45,231 nt of DNA from an uncultured Verrucomicrobiota bacterium (GTDB lineage Bacteria; Verrucomicrobiota; Kiritimatiellia; CAIQIC01; JAGNIJ01): positions 1 through 45,231 of the forward strand of contig CAYQYB010000002.1 of the NCBI GenBank assembly GCA_964421535.1, in the 5' to 3' direction. The notes below the pieces were generated by a model. It was not told the origin of the DNA. It searched no databases and saw only the letters and a program-made list of their open reading frames with translations. A program made the translations under genes and the position numbers. Below are positions 32,801-39,539 of this stretch, one piece after another (the stretch's first letter is position 1; the number at the start of each line of letters is the position of its first letter).

Positions 32801-33264
32801 GCTGGATGCCGGGGCAGCCGGACGGCGGCACATACCAGAATTACATTGCCATCTGGGGATCCGCGGATCCCGAGGAACTTCGCTGGGATGACGGCAACTC
32901 GACCGCGGGATATTTTCTCATGGAGAAAGACTGGTCCAGCAATCCGACGCGGCCCGACACCGACGGCGACGGGATGAAGGATCGCGACGAGGTCGTGGCG
33001 GGCACCGACCCCTCCGATACCGGATCCGTGTGGCGCGCTGCGGCCGCGGCCGCGCCGACGAACTCGCAGCTGCTTCGCATCTCCTGGAACATGTCGAGCG
33101 GGCGCACGTACAGCATTCACCGCCGCTACGGGCTCTCGGGCACCAACGCGTGGTCCGCCGTGCCGGGCTACACCAACATCGCAGGAACCGGGCTCTACAC
33201 GGCCGAACTGGCCATCCCGTCCGATGTCTCCAATTGTCTTTTCAAAGTACGGGCAATGAAGTAG
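29878..33264 (+). CDS. secreted gingipain-like cysteine peptidase (family C25) with TSP3-like linkers, two C-type lectin-like domains and C-terminal FKVR module
   Basis: GGGGAGGG lies upstream of ATG 29878, with signal peptide MRTDRTRALVVLLVFLGLAFSC. C25-like catalytic contexts: VEMSCHGSSRG (His) and LVFNLACSTGYP (Cys), followed by GAIASLAATRMTYY. This order matches gingipain GHGS ... ACxxG ... ASTxxS. It is followed by DSDGDGMPDAWE/DTDGDGLANKQEY linkers and two CTLDs (WLGASDAETEGTWKWVTGE..., WIGASDAEAEGQWKWVTGE...). Confidence 0.86.
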   Translation: MRTDRTRALVVLLVFLGLAFSCRGGTTQPNGSIGVSIDVPAMSVTQSPDGFVDITIDGFTAGGQSAQPMLPIKNSFYALPPNTDPASVSVVVTRVEYDESALPGPVRPRGAMAQTGNPDAPLSYGGATNVVDGRDMDVYGRDAFFPAQPVRLAGVPQMRKWQFAGVTVCPVAYNPVASTARRCSRIEFSILYRLKTSPPAAATLSDSIMDSAALALAANPKDAAAWYGTPSTMDEKPFLGVGYLIMTTDRIYTNSPTLYGLVPHKQMMGYTVSVVTETGVDGNSAATGWNEVTGQSPDGKADRMREWLQMHVSNWHIKYVLLIGDPTPDTGDLPMKICYPERTESTVATDWYYSDLSGNWNPNGDAYYGNWSGDYPYGSIDFLAEAIVGRIPVYNQAHWQGILRRIILKTIAYEREMYPSWRRRALFGETFLDDVTDTAYLSETLKSRVLNAEGFVSHTMYEQGGLSSYSGATNRNSIFDSDEEVMHESVKNNWSSNFYGLVEMSCHGSSRGMGFSAGNLFVSWNCAALNDAMPALVFNLACSTGYPEDKDNCGYSLLKNGAIASLAATRMTYYYVGTQEPQMSGASDPAMAYHFCSRAASNHVTFGEANIAIGEIMELNNAGDWNNVMTCNIYGDPSLALRPILPDDSDGDGMPDAWESLQSLNPNDPQDALQDTDGDGLANKQEYVCLSDPRVQDSDGDSLSDGVEAQRFDLITGDRTWEQSRVDALSRTGHLATITTEGEWMFIRASFNSALQSRYTWLGASDAETEGTWKWVTGETWGFTRWLPGQPDAGIIQNYLAIWGEASTNLMWDDGFPTATAPGYLFERSWSSAPMNPDTDVDDIPDGWEFINGLDCTSAADGEADTDGDELSNITEYQLGADPADVDTDDDGLTDGAEAMRYQLVGTYLTWPQARDEAQSRGGHLATITSEAEWVQIQSLLGYALQGKYVWIGASDAEAEGQWKWVTGEPWGYARWMPGQPDGGTYQNYIAIWGSADPEELRWDDGNSTAGYFLMEKDWSSNPTRPDTDGDGMKDRDEVVAGTDPSDTGSVWRAAAAAAPTNSQLLRISWNMSSGRTYSIHRRYGLSGTNAWSAVPGYTNIAGTGLYTAELAIPSDVSNCLFKVRAMK
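31990..32960 (+). repeat. tandem duplication of a ~190-aa [acidic linker + C-type lectin-like domain] unit inside the C25 gene
   Basis: The register offset is 570 nt. The core at 32158-32259 versus 32728-32829 is 83/102 nt identical by my hand alignment. Protein units are DGVEAQRFDLITGDRTWEQSR...SWSSAPMNPDTD and DGAEAMRYQLVGTYLTWPQAR...DWSSNPTRPDTD. Confidence 0.8.
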
Positions 33265-33289
33265 TTATTCCCGGGGATAGGGAGACATA

Positions 33290-33883
33290 ATGAGGGTGAG
33301 GGACAGGACAACCATCCGCGACGTAATCTGGTTCCAGTATTCCAAACTCGTCGCGCGGCGCGCCTACAAACTGCCGGACGGGCACGAAGCCAAGAAGCAC
33401 TGCTACGGATTCATCAAGGAACTGCTCGACGAACTCCGAGAAGGCACAAAGACCTGGTCCGACATCACGCGCGAAAACTGGCCGCCCGCCGCCGCCGAAA
33501 CAAGCTGCCTGTACTGCGGGAGCGCGGACGACCTCGATCGCGTCCCCGTCCTGCCCAGGCCTCACCTGATCGAGGACCGCTGCCCCTACTGCGACAAGAA
33601 ACAATCCGCCCGCTTCCTCGTTTGGGTCTGCGGTTCCTGCGCCCGGGAAAAGAGCGGCATGGGGTTCTACGAATTCTTCAGGCTGCGGATGGCGGACCAG
33701 CGCAAGTTCTACGACTTCATCCCCGCCCTCGCGGAGAAGAAGTACCTCGAAGCCGCATACCAGTGCCTCGAATGCGCGAACCGCCTGGACGAAGGCGACC
33801 AGGACGGCGACGACGAGCTCACCGTCCTGGACATCGACCACGCGCTGAAACCGAACGGCGCGTCACCGCATCCCGAAGACTAA
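33290..33883 (+). CDS. Cys-rich HNH/zinc-ribbon-like protein, catalytic residues apparently substituted
   Basis: 197-aa ORF with AGGGAG 6 nt upstream of the ATG. Three CxxC pairs (CLYC, CPYC, CGSC) are laid out like HNH nucleases (CxxC ... D/E-H ... N ... CxxC-N-xx-K). The expected His position reads DLDRVPVLP and the CxxCN position reads CGSCAREKSG. From memory, the N-terminal IRDVIWFQYSKLVARRAY...KKHCYGFIKELLDEL region resembles a family of ~190-aa HNH proteins. Confidence 0.5.
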   Translation: MRVRDRTTIRDVIWFQYSKLVARRAYKLPDGHEAKKHCYGFIKELLDELREGTKTWSDITRENWPPAAAETSCLYCGSADDLDRVPVLPRPHLIEDRCPYCDKKQSARFLVWVCGSCAREKSGMGFYEFFRLRMADQRKFYDFIPALAEKKYLEAAYQCLECANRLDEGDQDGDDELTVLDIDHALKPNGASPHPED

Positions 33884-33894
33884 GCTCTTCAACG

Positions 33895-34122
33895 TCAGCG
33901 CCTGCCTGAAGCCAGTCGTGGCCGGCGTGTTCTCTTTGCTTGTTTCGGCCGGCGAGCGACCGCGCACCCGACTTCGCGCTGCATGGCCGTTAGGCCCTCC
34001 GCCCAGGCCTCCACGTGCGGCACCACCCCGTACGCGCCGGCCTTCTTCAGCCGCTCGAGCTTGCACACTTCCTCGCTCAACGTTTCATCGCCCGACTTCA
34101 CTGTCTTCGCTTTTGTTTTCAT
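33895..34122 (-). CDS. hypothetical small protein (75 aa)
   Basis: I place the start at ATG 34122 (AAGGAG 10 nt upstream) rather than the listed 34155. Sequence MKTKAKTVKSGDETLSEEVCKLERLKKAGAYGVVPHVEAWAEGLTAMQRE... with a basic tail. Convergent with the HNH-like gene (11-nt gap). No recognisable domain. Confidence 0.4.
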   Translation of the reverse strand: MKTKAKTVKSGDETLSEEVCKLERLKKAGAYGVVPHVEAWAEGLTAMQREVGCAVARRPKQAKRTRRPRLASGRR

Positions 34123-34402
34123 GTTCTGCGCACTCCTTTCGAGTGTCCATCGCACCCTGTAAATCTATGCCACCTCCCGTGCCTGTCAAACCGCAGCCTG
34201 CGGCCGGCGTGCTGCACTTTTGAGCAGTGGGTCAAGTCGCCGCGCAGTCCACCCCCGACTCTCTTCGAGGTCGGGGCGCCGGCGGCGGCGAAAGAGGCGT
34301 AGCCGCGCCCGCAAGGGCGTGGCGAATGGGAATGACAGACCCACTTCCCACTTTTGATCCTGCTTGCGCGGTCCGTTCACGGCGGGTAGCCTCTCTGTTG
34401 CC

Positions 34403-35161
34403 ATGCCCCTGTCGCCCAACGAGCTGCACGCGTTCGTGGACGCGACGATCCGGAAGCTGAAGGACGCCGGGTTGAACGCCGGCGCCCTGGAGCGTGTGCA
34501 GTCCGCGGCTTACACAACCGGGTCCGAATGGAGGGGAGAGCTGGGGCTCGCCATCTGGAAAATCGCGGGCCAGGACATTCGCGACGAGGCGATCTGGAAA
34601 GACCTCGACCTGATCGCCATGGAAGTCCGCCGCGCGTGGCCGGGTTTTCCGCGCGCCAAAAAGAACTCCATCCATCCCTCGCTCAGAACCAACCTCTGGC
34701 TGAATCAATTCGTCGGCATGCCGCTCATGGCCCTGATCGCGGCCGGCATCTTCCGCTCGGTCATCGCCGCGGCGATCCGGGGCGACGAGGACTGGCCGCT
34801 CCTTCTCTTGCGCGCCGGCATCGGCCTGATCTTCGTCTGGGCGGCGGCGCACGCGTGGACCAGCGGGCGGTGGTACCGGCGCGTGTCGCGGCTCGTCCAG
34901 CAAAGCGAGGCCGTGCCGGTGAACGTCGAGTTCGGCTGGCTGGAGCACGCGCTCGTCGCGACGGTCAGGCCGAAAGTGCCCGGACAGTTTCCGGGCCGAT
35001 CCGTCGTATGCGGTCCGCCGGACTGGAAAGTTGATTTGGTGAAGGGAACGGAGATCCTCGGCTACGTGGACCCGGACCCGCGCGGGCCCGTCGTTCTCGA
35101 GACCGCGTGCGGGCTCATCTGGCCGCTCGAGCGGGGCAGCGTCGAGGTCCTGAAGGAGTGA
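34403..35161 (+). CDS. hypothetical membrane protein (2 predicted TM helices)
   Basis: ATG 34403 is preferred over the listed TTG 34364. It has an ~85-aa helical N-terminal domain, two hydrophobic helices (FVGMPLMALIAAGIFRSVIAAAI and WPLLLLRAGIGLIFVWAAAHAW) and a ~90-aa C-terminal domain. No motif recognised and no clear RBS. Confidence 0.5.
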   Translation: MPLSPNELHAFVDATIRKLKDAGLNAGALERVQSAAYTTGSEWRGELGLAIWKIAGQDIRDEAIWKDLDLIAMEVRRAWPGFPRAKKNSIHPSLRTNLWLNQFVGMPLMALIAAGIFRSVIAAAIRGDEDWPLLLLRAGIGLIFVWAAAHAWTSGRWYRRVSRLVQQSEAVPVNVEFGWLEHALVATVRPKVPGQFPGRSVVCGPPDWKVDLVKGTEILGYVDPDPRGPVVLETACGLIWPLERGSVEVLKE

Positions 35162-35223
35162 TGGCCGCGATTCCCCGGATCGCTGTTGTCAGACCCTGCT
35201 CGCTGTACTACTTTATATAGACC

Positions 35224-36600
35224 GTGCATTTGAAACGCATGCGGCTGTTGGGGGTCCTTCTCGTCTTCGCCCTCATCTGGGCGGGGCCGGCGCATGCACA
35301 AGCGGTGCCGCCCGCCGACCGGCACGTCATCGTCATTTCCATCGACGGCCTGCTGCCGAAGTTCTACCTCCCCGGCACGAACTCGGCGCCGAACACGGTC
35401 CTGGTGGGGCTGCGCGAGCAGGGCAGCCACGCCCGCGCGATGCTTCCGATTTACCCCTCGGTGACGTACGCGTCCCACGGGTCGCTCTCCACGGCGGTCA
35501 CGCCGTCGAAGCACGGCATCAACGCGAACAACGCGCTGGATACCCGCACCGGAAACGGCCGCGGCCTCTGGTACGCCTCGGACTTCAAGGTCCGCACGAT
35601 CTGGGACGCCGCGAAAAAGGCCGGGCTCACGGTCGGAGCGCTCTCGTGGCCCACGACCGCGGGCTCCAGCAACATCGACTGGAACCTGCCCGAGTTCTGG
35701 ACCACGCCCTACGGCCAGGAGCCCGCGCTGGTGCGCAAGCACGCGTCCGGCGGCGTGATCGAGATGATGGAGAAGGCCGGCCGCAAGCTGGAGAACGTTC
35801 ACCTCAACATCATGGCCCCGCGCGATTCGTTCATGACGGCCACGGCGGTTGAGCTCATCCGGCTGAAGAAGCCGAATCTCCTTCTCGTCCACCTGATCGA
35901 CCTCGACCACACCGAGCACGTCGAAGGGCCGAACTCGCCCGTGGTCGCCGCCGAGATGGAGCGGCTGGACAACCACGTCCGCGAAATCGTCAACGCGACG
36001 CGCGCGGCAGGCATCTACAACCGGACCACGTTCATCATCCTGGGGGATCACGGGTCGAGCGAGGTCCAGCTCAGCCTCGCGCCGAACTCGCTGCTCGCGA
36101 CGGAAGGCCTGATCCGGCTCCGCGACGAGAGGATCGAATCCTGGGAAGCGATCGTTCAGAACACGGGCGGCTCCGCGGCCGTGTACGTGCGCGACGGCGA
36201 AAACGCCGCGATGCTTCGGCGCGTCCGCACCCTGTTCGAAAAGCACCGCTTCGGCCCGGACAGGAAACCTCTCTACACCGTCATCGACCGCCCCACCCTG
36301 GCGCGCCTCGGCGGGCCGGCCGGCGCGGCGTTCTATCTCGAGGGCGAACCCGGCGTCATGTTCTCCGGCTCCTTCGGCCCCGGCAACTGGAGCCGCCGCT
36401 CCAACCTGCGGGGAAACCACGGCTACCTGCCGACCAAGCCCGACATGCACACCGGCTTCATCGCCTTCGGCCGCGGCATCCGCAAGGGCGTCGAGCTCGA
36501 CACCGTGCGCGTCACGGACGTGGCGCCGACCATCGCGTCCCTCCTCGGCTTCCCGTTCGAATCCACGCAGGGCCGCGTCCTGCGCGAGATCCTGAAGTAG
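35224..36600 (+). CDS. secreted nucleotide pyrophosphatase/phosphodiesterase (NPP, alkaline-phosphatase superfamily)
   Basis: Signal peptide MRLLGVLLVFALIWAGPAHAQA; ATG 35239 is an alternative to the listed GTG 35224. Metal and nucleophile motifs of the type I phosphodiesterase family: VIVISIDGL, YPSVTYASHGSLSTAVTPSKHGI, HLIDLDHTEH, FIILGDHG, GNHGY. Confidence 0.84.
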   Translation: MHLKRMRLLGVLLVFALIWAGPAHAQAVPPADRHVIVISIDGLLPKFYLPGTNSAPNTVLVGLREQGSHARAMLPIYPSVTYASHGSLSTAVTPSKHGINANNALDTRTGNGRGLWYASDFKVRTIWDAAKKAGLTVGALSWPTTAGSSNIDWNLPEFWTTPYGQEPALVRKHASGGVIEMMEKAGRKLENVHLNIMAPRDSFMTATAVELIRLKKPNLLLVHLIDLDHTEHVEGPNSPVVAAEMERLDNHVREIVNATRAAGIYNRTTFIILGDHGSSEVQLSLAPNSLLATEGLIRLRDERIESWEAIVQNTGGSAAVYVRDGENAAMLRRVRTLFEKHRFGPDRKPLYTVIDRPTLARLGGPAGAAFYLEGEPGVMFSGSFGPGNWSRRSNLRGNHGYLPTKPDMHTGFIAFGRGIRKGVELDTVRVTDVAPTIASLLGFPFESTQGRVLREILK

Positions 36601-36617
36601 CCGGCGCACCCAAGCCT

Positions 36618-36731
36618 ATCGTCCTCGTCCTCCTCCTCGCTTGCCCCGGCGTAGCCTTGGCGAAGTCGGGTCGTCGTACTCGATTCCCGCGAACGCCCGA
36701 GGACGAGTGCGAGGACGACGACGAGTACGAT
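36618..36731. repeat. long imperfect inverted repeat built from (GAGGAC/GAGTAC)-type hexamers
   Basis: Left arm ATCGTCCTCGTCCTCCTCCTCGC (36618-36640) pairs with right arm GCGAGGACGACGACGAGTACGAT (36709-36731) at 20/23 positions, with a nested partial stem inside. It lies between the NPP gene stop and the next gene. It is compositionally related to the hexamer tract at 23948-23996. Confidence 0.5.
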
Positions 36732-36866
36732 TCATCCTCGACACGCCGCTTCAAAACAGGATAAAGAGGGCCGTGTTACTCCCCGGGCCTCCGAATCGCC
36801 GTCTTGGCAGGCGCGAGCGGATGGGAACGTGCCCAACTGGGATGCGAACAGGGAAGGGATAGAATA

Positions 36867-39530
36867 ATGAAACTCCAACTCGTTCTGCTTGCGGTGCTGA
36901 CAGGCGCGGCCTTTTCCGCCGCCGCGGCGGATGCGTCGACCAACGCGCCCGCAGGCGCTCCGTGCCAGGCGATGATCCGGATGTCCGGCTCGCGGTACCA
37001 GCTTCTGTTGGATTGTGCTCCTTACACGATTAAAGGCGCGTTCGCGACGAACCGCCTGCGGGACGTGACCGCCGCCGGCGCGAACTGCGTCGTGGCGCCC
37101 GATCTCGGAACCGCCGACGGCGTCCTGGACCGAGCGAAGGACGCAGGACTCATGGGCGCGGTTGTCGTCCGCCTCGAGCCGGACAGCGGGCTGGTCTACG
37201 CGAGCACGCAGGCCGTCACGGCAGTCGCGGAGAAGATCCGCGTCCACGTCCGGCGCCTGAAGACGCATCCGCGCCTCATCGCGTGGATCATCCACAGCCG
37301 CGTCTCCGCCTCGGAGCGCCAGAACGCCGCGGCCTATCGCGCCGTCAACGAGCTCGCGCGGATCCTGCACCAGGAGGACCCGAGCCACATCGTCATCAGC
37401 GACGTCGGCCTGCTGACGCCGGACGACATCAAGGCGCGGTTGTCCGCGGAGCACTGCCGCGAAGTGGACGCGCTGGGCTGGACGCCGGGCCGCGGCGTCA
37501 CGAATCTCGTCGAGACGCCCGCGGGCGCGGGCTGGTACAAGCCGTTCGTGATCCTGCGGGCCGGCGTCCCGCACCCCAACGCCGTCGAGCACGCTTCGTG
37601 GGGCGCGCCGCTGGAGCCGCTTCCCTCGGACAAGATCGCCCTTTGGCTGAAGTTCGTCACGAACACGCTGCCCGCGGCGGCGGGCTCGTGCCTCGGCTCG
37701 TTCATCTACGACTGGGACCCCAGCGAGGTGGCGACCCCGACCTGGTACAGCCTGCATCACGCCGACGGCGCGCGCGCGGAGCTGGTTGACGCCATGACGT
37801 TCGCGTGGGCGGGCAAATATCCGAGCAACCGCTGCCCCGTCATCACCGTCCTCACCTCGGCCGCGAACGCGCGGCTGGTCTCGCCCGGCCTGCTCGAGAG
37901 CGCCCAGGTGGTCGCCTCGGACCCGGACAACGATCCGCTCACCTACTCGTGGCGGCTTGCGCGCGAGGTCAGGGGCAGCGGCGACGACGCCCAGCTGCCG
38001 GCCGAATTCGCCGAGATCGCGGACGGCGCCCCGACGCAATCCGTGCCGAAGATCACGTTCATGATCCCGTCGGAAGCGGGCCCGTACCGGCTCTTCGTGT
38101 ACGTCCGCGACAACAAGGGCCACGTGTCCAGCGCGAACATTCCGTTTCTCGTGGAGGCGACGCGCGCGCCGCTCGCGCCGGCGGCCGATCAGGTCGTGCA
38201 GCCGCCGGACCACAGCGAGCCCTCGACCCTGCCCGAAGAGCCGGACACCGGCGCCGTGATCATCGGCAAGCCCACTCACGCCGCGATCGAAAAGACCGGA
38301 GTCGGCGGCGGCTGGCAGCTCGTGGTCGACGGCAAGCCCTACTTCGTCAAGGGCGCCGGCGGCCGGAAGTACATCCCCGAGCTCAAGGCGGCCGGCGCGA
38401 ACACGATCCGGACCTGGAGCACGGACTTCGTCACTCCCGTGCTGGACGAGGCCCAGAAGAACGGCCTCAAGGTCTGCCTCGGATTGTGGATGAAGCAGGA
38501 GCGCCACAAGTTCAACTACTCCGATCCCGAGGCCGTCGCTTCCCAACTCCAGAAACTGCGCAGCGCCGTGCGCAAGTACCGGAACCACCCTGCCCTGATG
38601 ATGTGGTGCTGCGGCATCGAGGTGGAATCCGGCCCGGGCACGAACGTCGCCGTGTACAAGGCGATCAACGACGTCGCGCGCATGGTTCACGAGGAGGACC
38701 GCCACCATCCCACGACCACCGCGTTTGCCGACCTCGGCTACAACAACGTGAAGGCCGCGCTCGCGGCGCAGTACTGCCCCGAGCTGGACATCTTCGGCGT
38801 CAACAGCTACGGCGGGCTCGCGACGATGGCCGAGCGCCTGCGCGGCGTGGGCTGGTCGCGGCCCTACATGATCATGGAGTTCGGCCCGAAGGGCCAATGG
38901 GAAGTGCCGCGAACGGCGTGGGAATCCGAGGTCGAACAGATGCCGATGGACAAGGCGGCGTTCTACCTTGAGTCGTACAACAAGAGCATCAGCAGCCAGG
39001 AGAACTGGTGCCTCGGCTCGTTCGTGTTCAGCTGGGACTACAAGTTCGAATGCACCCCCACGTGGTACAGCATGCATCTCGCCGACGGCTCCCGCATGAA
39101 CACGTGCGACACGATGTGGAAGGCCTGGAGCGGCAGGGAGCCGACGAACCGCTGCCCGCAGGTCCGCTGGATCGGCTCCCCGCTGGACCGGCAGAAAGTC
39201 CCACCCAACAAGCTGTACACGCTGGACGCCGACGTCGCCGACCCGGACAACGACCCGCTCCGCATCGAGTGGATTCTGATGTCCGAGGTCAAGAAGAAGG
39301 GCGCCGACGGCTTCATCACCACCGACCTGAAACCGGTCGGCGGACGGATCGCCGACGCGAACACGAAGAAGGCCAGGATCACAACGCCCACGGGCGCCGG
39401 GGCCTACCGCGTGTTCGTGTACGTCTACGACGGCAAGGGGAACGCCAGCAGCGCCAATATGTCGTTCTACGTCGAGCCCGCGAGCGCGGTCACAAGCACG
39501 AAGGCGACGAACACGGTGACGCGGAAGTAG
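36867..39530 (+). CDS. secreted protein with two tandem [GH-A-like TIM barrel + Ig-like] modules (GH2-type TIM-barrel-like)
   Basis: Start at ATG 36867, with signal peptide MKLQLVLLAVLTGAAFSAAAADA. Module 2 (from about 38313) is WQLVVDGKPYFVKGAGG...AAGANTIRTW...HPALMMWCCGIEVES...YMIMEFGPKG...CLGSFVFSWDYKFECTPTWYSM. Module 1 (from about 36996) aligns throughout: YQLLLDCAPYTIKGAFA...AAGANCVVAP...HPRLIAWIIHSRVSAS...FVILRAGVPH...CLGSFIYDWDPSEVATPTWYSL. Each module is followed by DPDNDPL(T/R)... and (P/A)YR(L/V)FVYV...SSAN. Confidence 0.8.
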   Translation: MKLQLVLLAVLTGAAFSAAAADASTNAPAGAPCQAMIRMSGSRYQLLLDCAPYTIKGAFATNRLRDVTAAGANCVVAPDLGTADGVLDRAKDAGLMGAVVVRLEPDSGLVYASTQAVTAVAEKIRVHVRRLKTHPRLIAWIIHSRVSASERQNAAAYRAVNELARILHQEDPSHIVISDVGLLTPDDIKARLSAEHCREVDALGWTPGRGVTNLVETPAGAGWYKPFVILRAGVPHPNAVEHASWGAPLEPLPSDKIALWLKFVTNTLPAAAGSCLGSFIYDWDPSEVATPTWYSLHHADGARAELVDAMTFAWAGKYPSNRCPVITVLTSAANARLVSPGLLESAQVVASDPDNDPLTYSWRLAREVRGSGDDAQLPAEFAEIADGAPTQSVPKITFMIPSEAGPYRLFVYVRDNKGHVSSANIPFLVEATRAPLAPAADQVVQPPDHSEPSTLPEEPDTGAVIIGKPTHAAIEKTGVGGGWQLVVDGKPYFVKGAGGRKYIPELKAAGANTIRTWSTDFVTPVLDEAQKNGLKVCLGLWMKQERHKFNYSDPEAVASQLQKLRSAVRKYRNHPALMMWCCGIEVESGPGTNVAVYKAINDVARMVHEEDRHHPTTTAFADLGYNNVKAALAAQYCPELDIFGVNSYGGLATMAERLRGVGWSRPYMIMEFGPKGQWEVPRTAWESEVEQMPMDKAAFYLESYNKSISSQENWCLGSFVFSWDYKFECTPTWYSMHLADGSRMNTCDTMWKAWSGREPTNRCPQVRWIGSPLDRQKVPPNKLYTLDADVADPDNDPLRIEWILMSEVKKKGADGFITTDLKPVGGRIADANTKKARITTPTGAGAYRVFVYVYDGKGNASSANMSFYVEPASAVTSTKATNTVTRK

Positions 39531-39539
39531 CGCGCGCGT

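Noticed and set aside
30496-33120. ORFs 30496..32079 (-, 527 aa), 30552..31880 (+, 442 aa) and 32368..33120 (-, 250 aa) within the C25 gene
   Set aside because: They are antisense or out of frame relative to the ORF carrying the C25 catalytic contexts and CTLDs, with shadow-ORF composition.
35062-39077. ORFs 35062..36609 (-, 515 aa), 36732..39077 (-, 781 aa) and 37805..38971 (+, 388 aa)
   Set aside because: They are antisense or alternative frames of the NPP and tandem-GH genes, with no motifs. The sense frames have signal peptides and family signatures.
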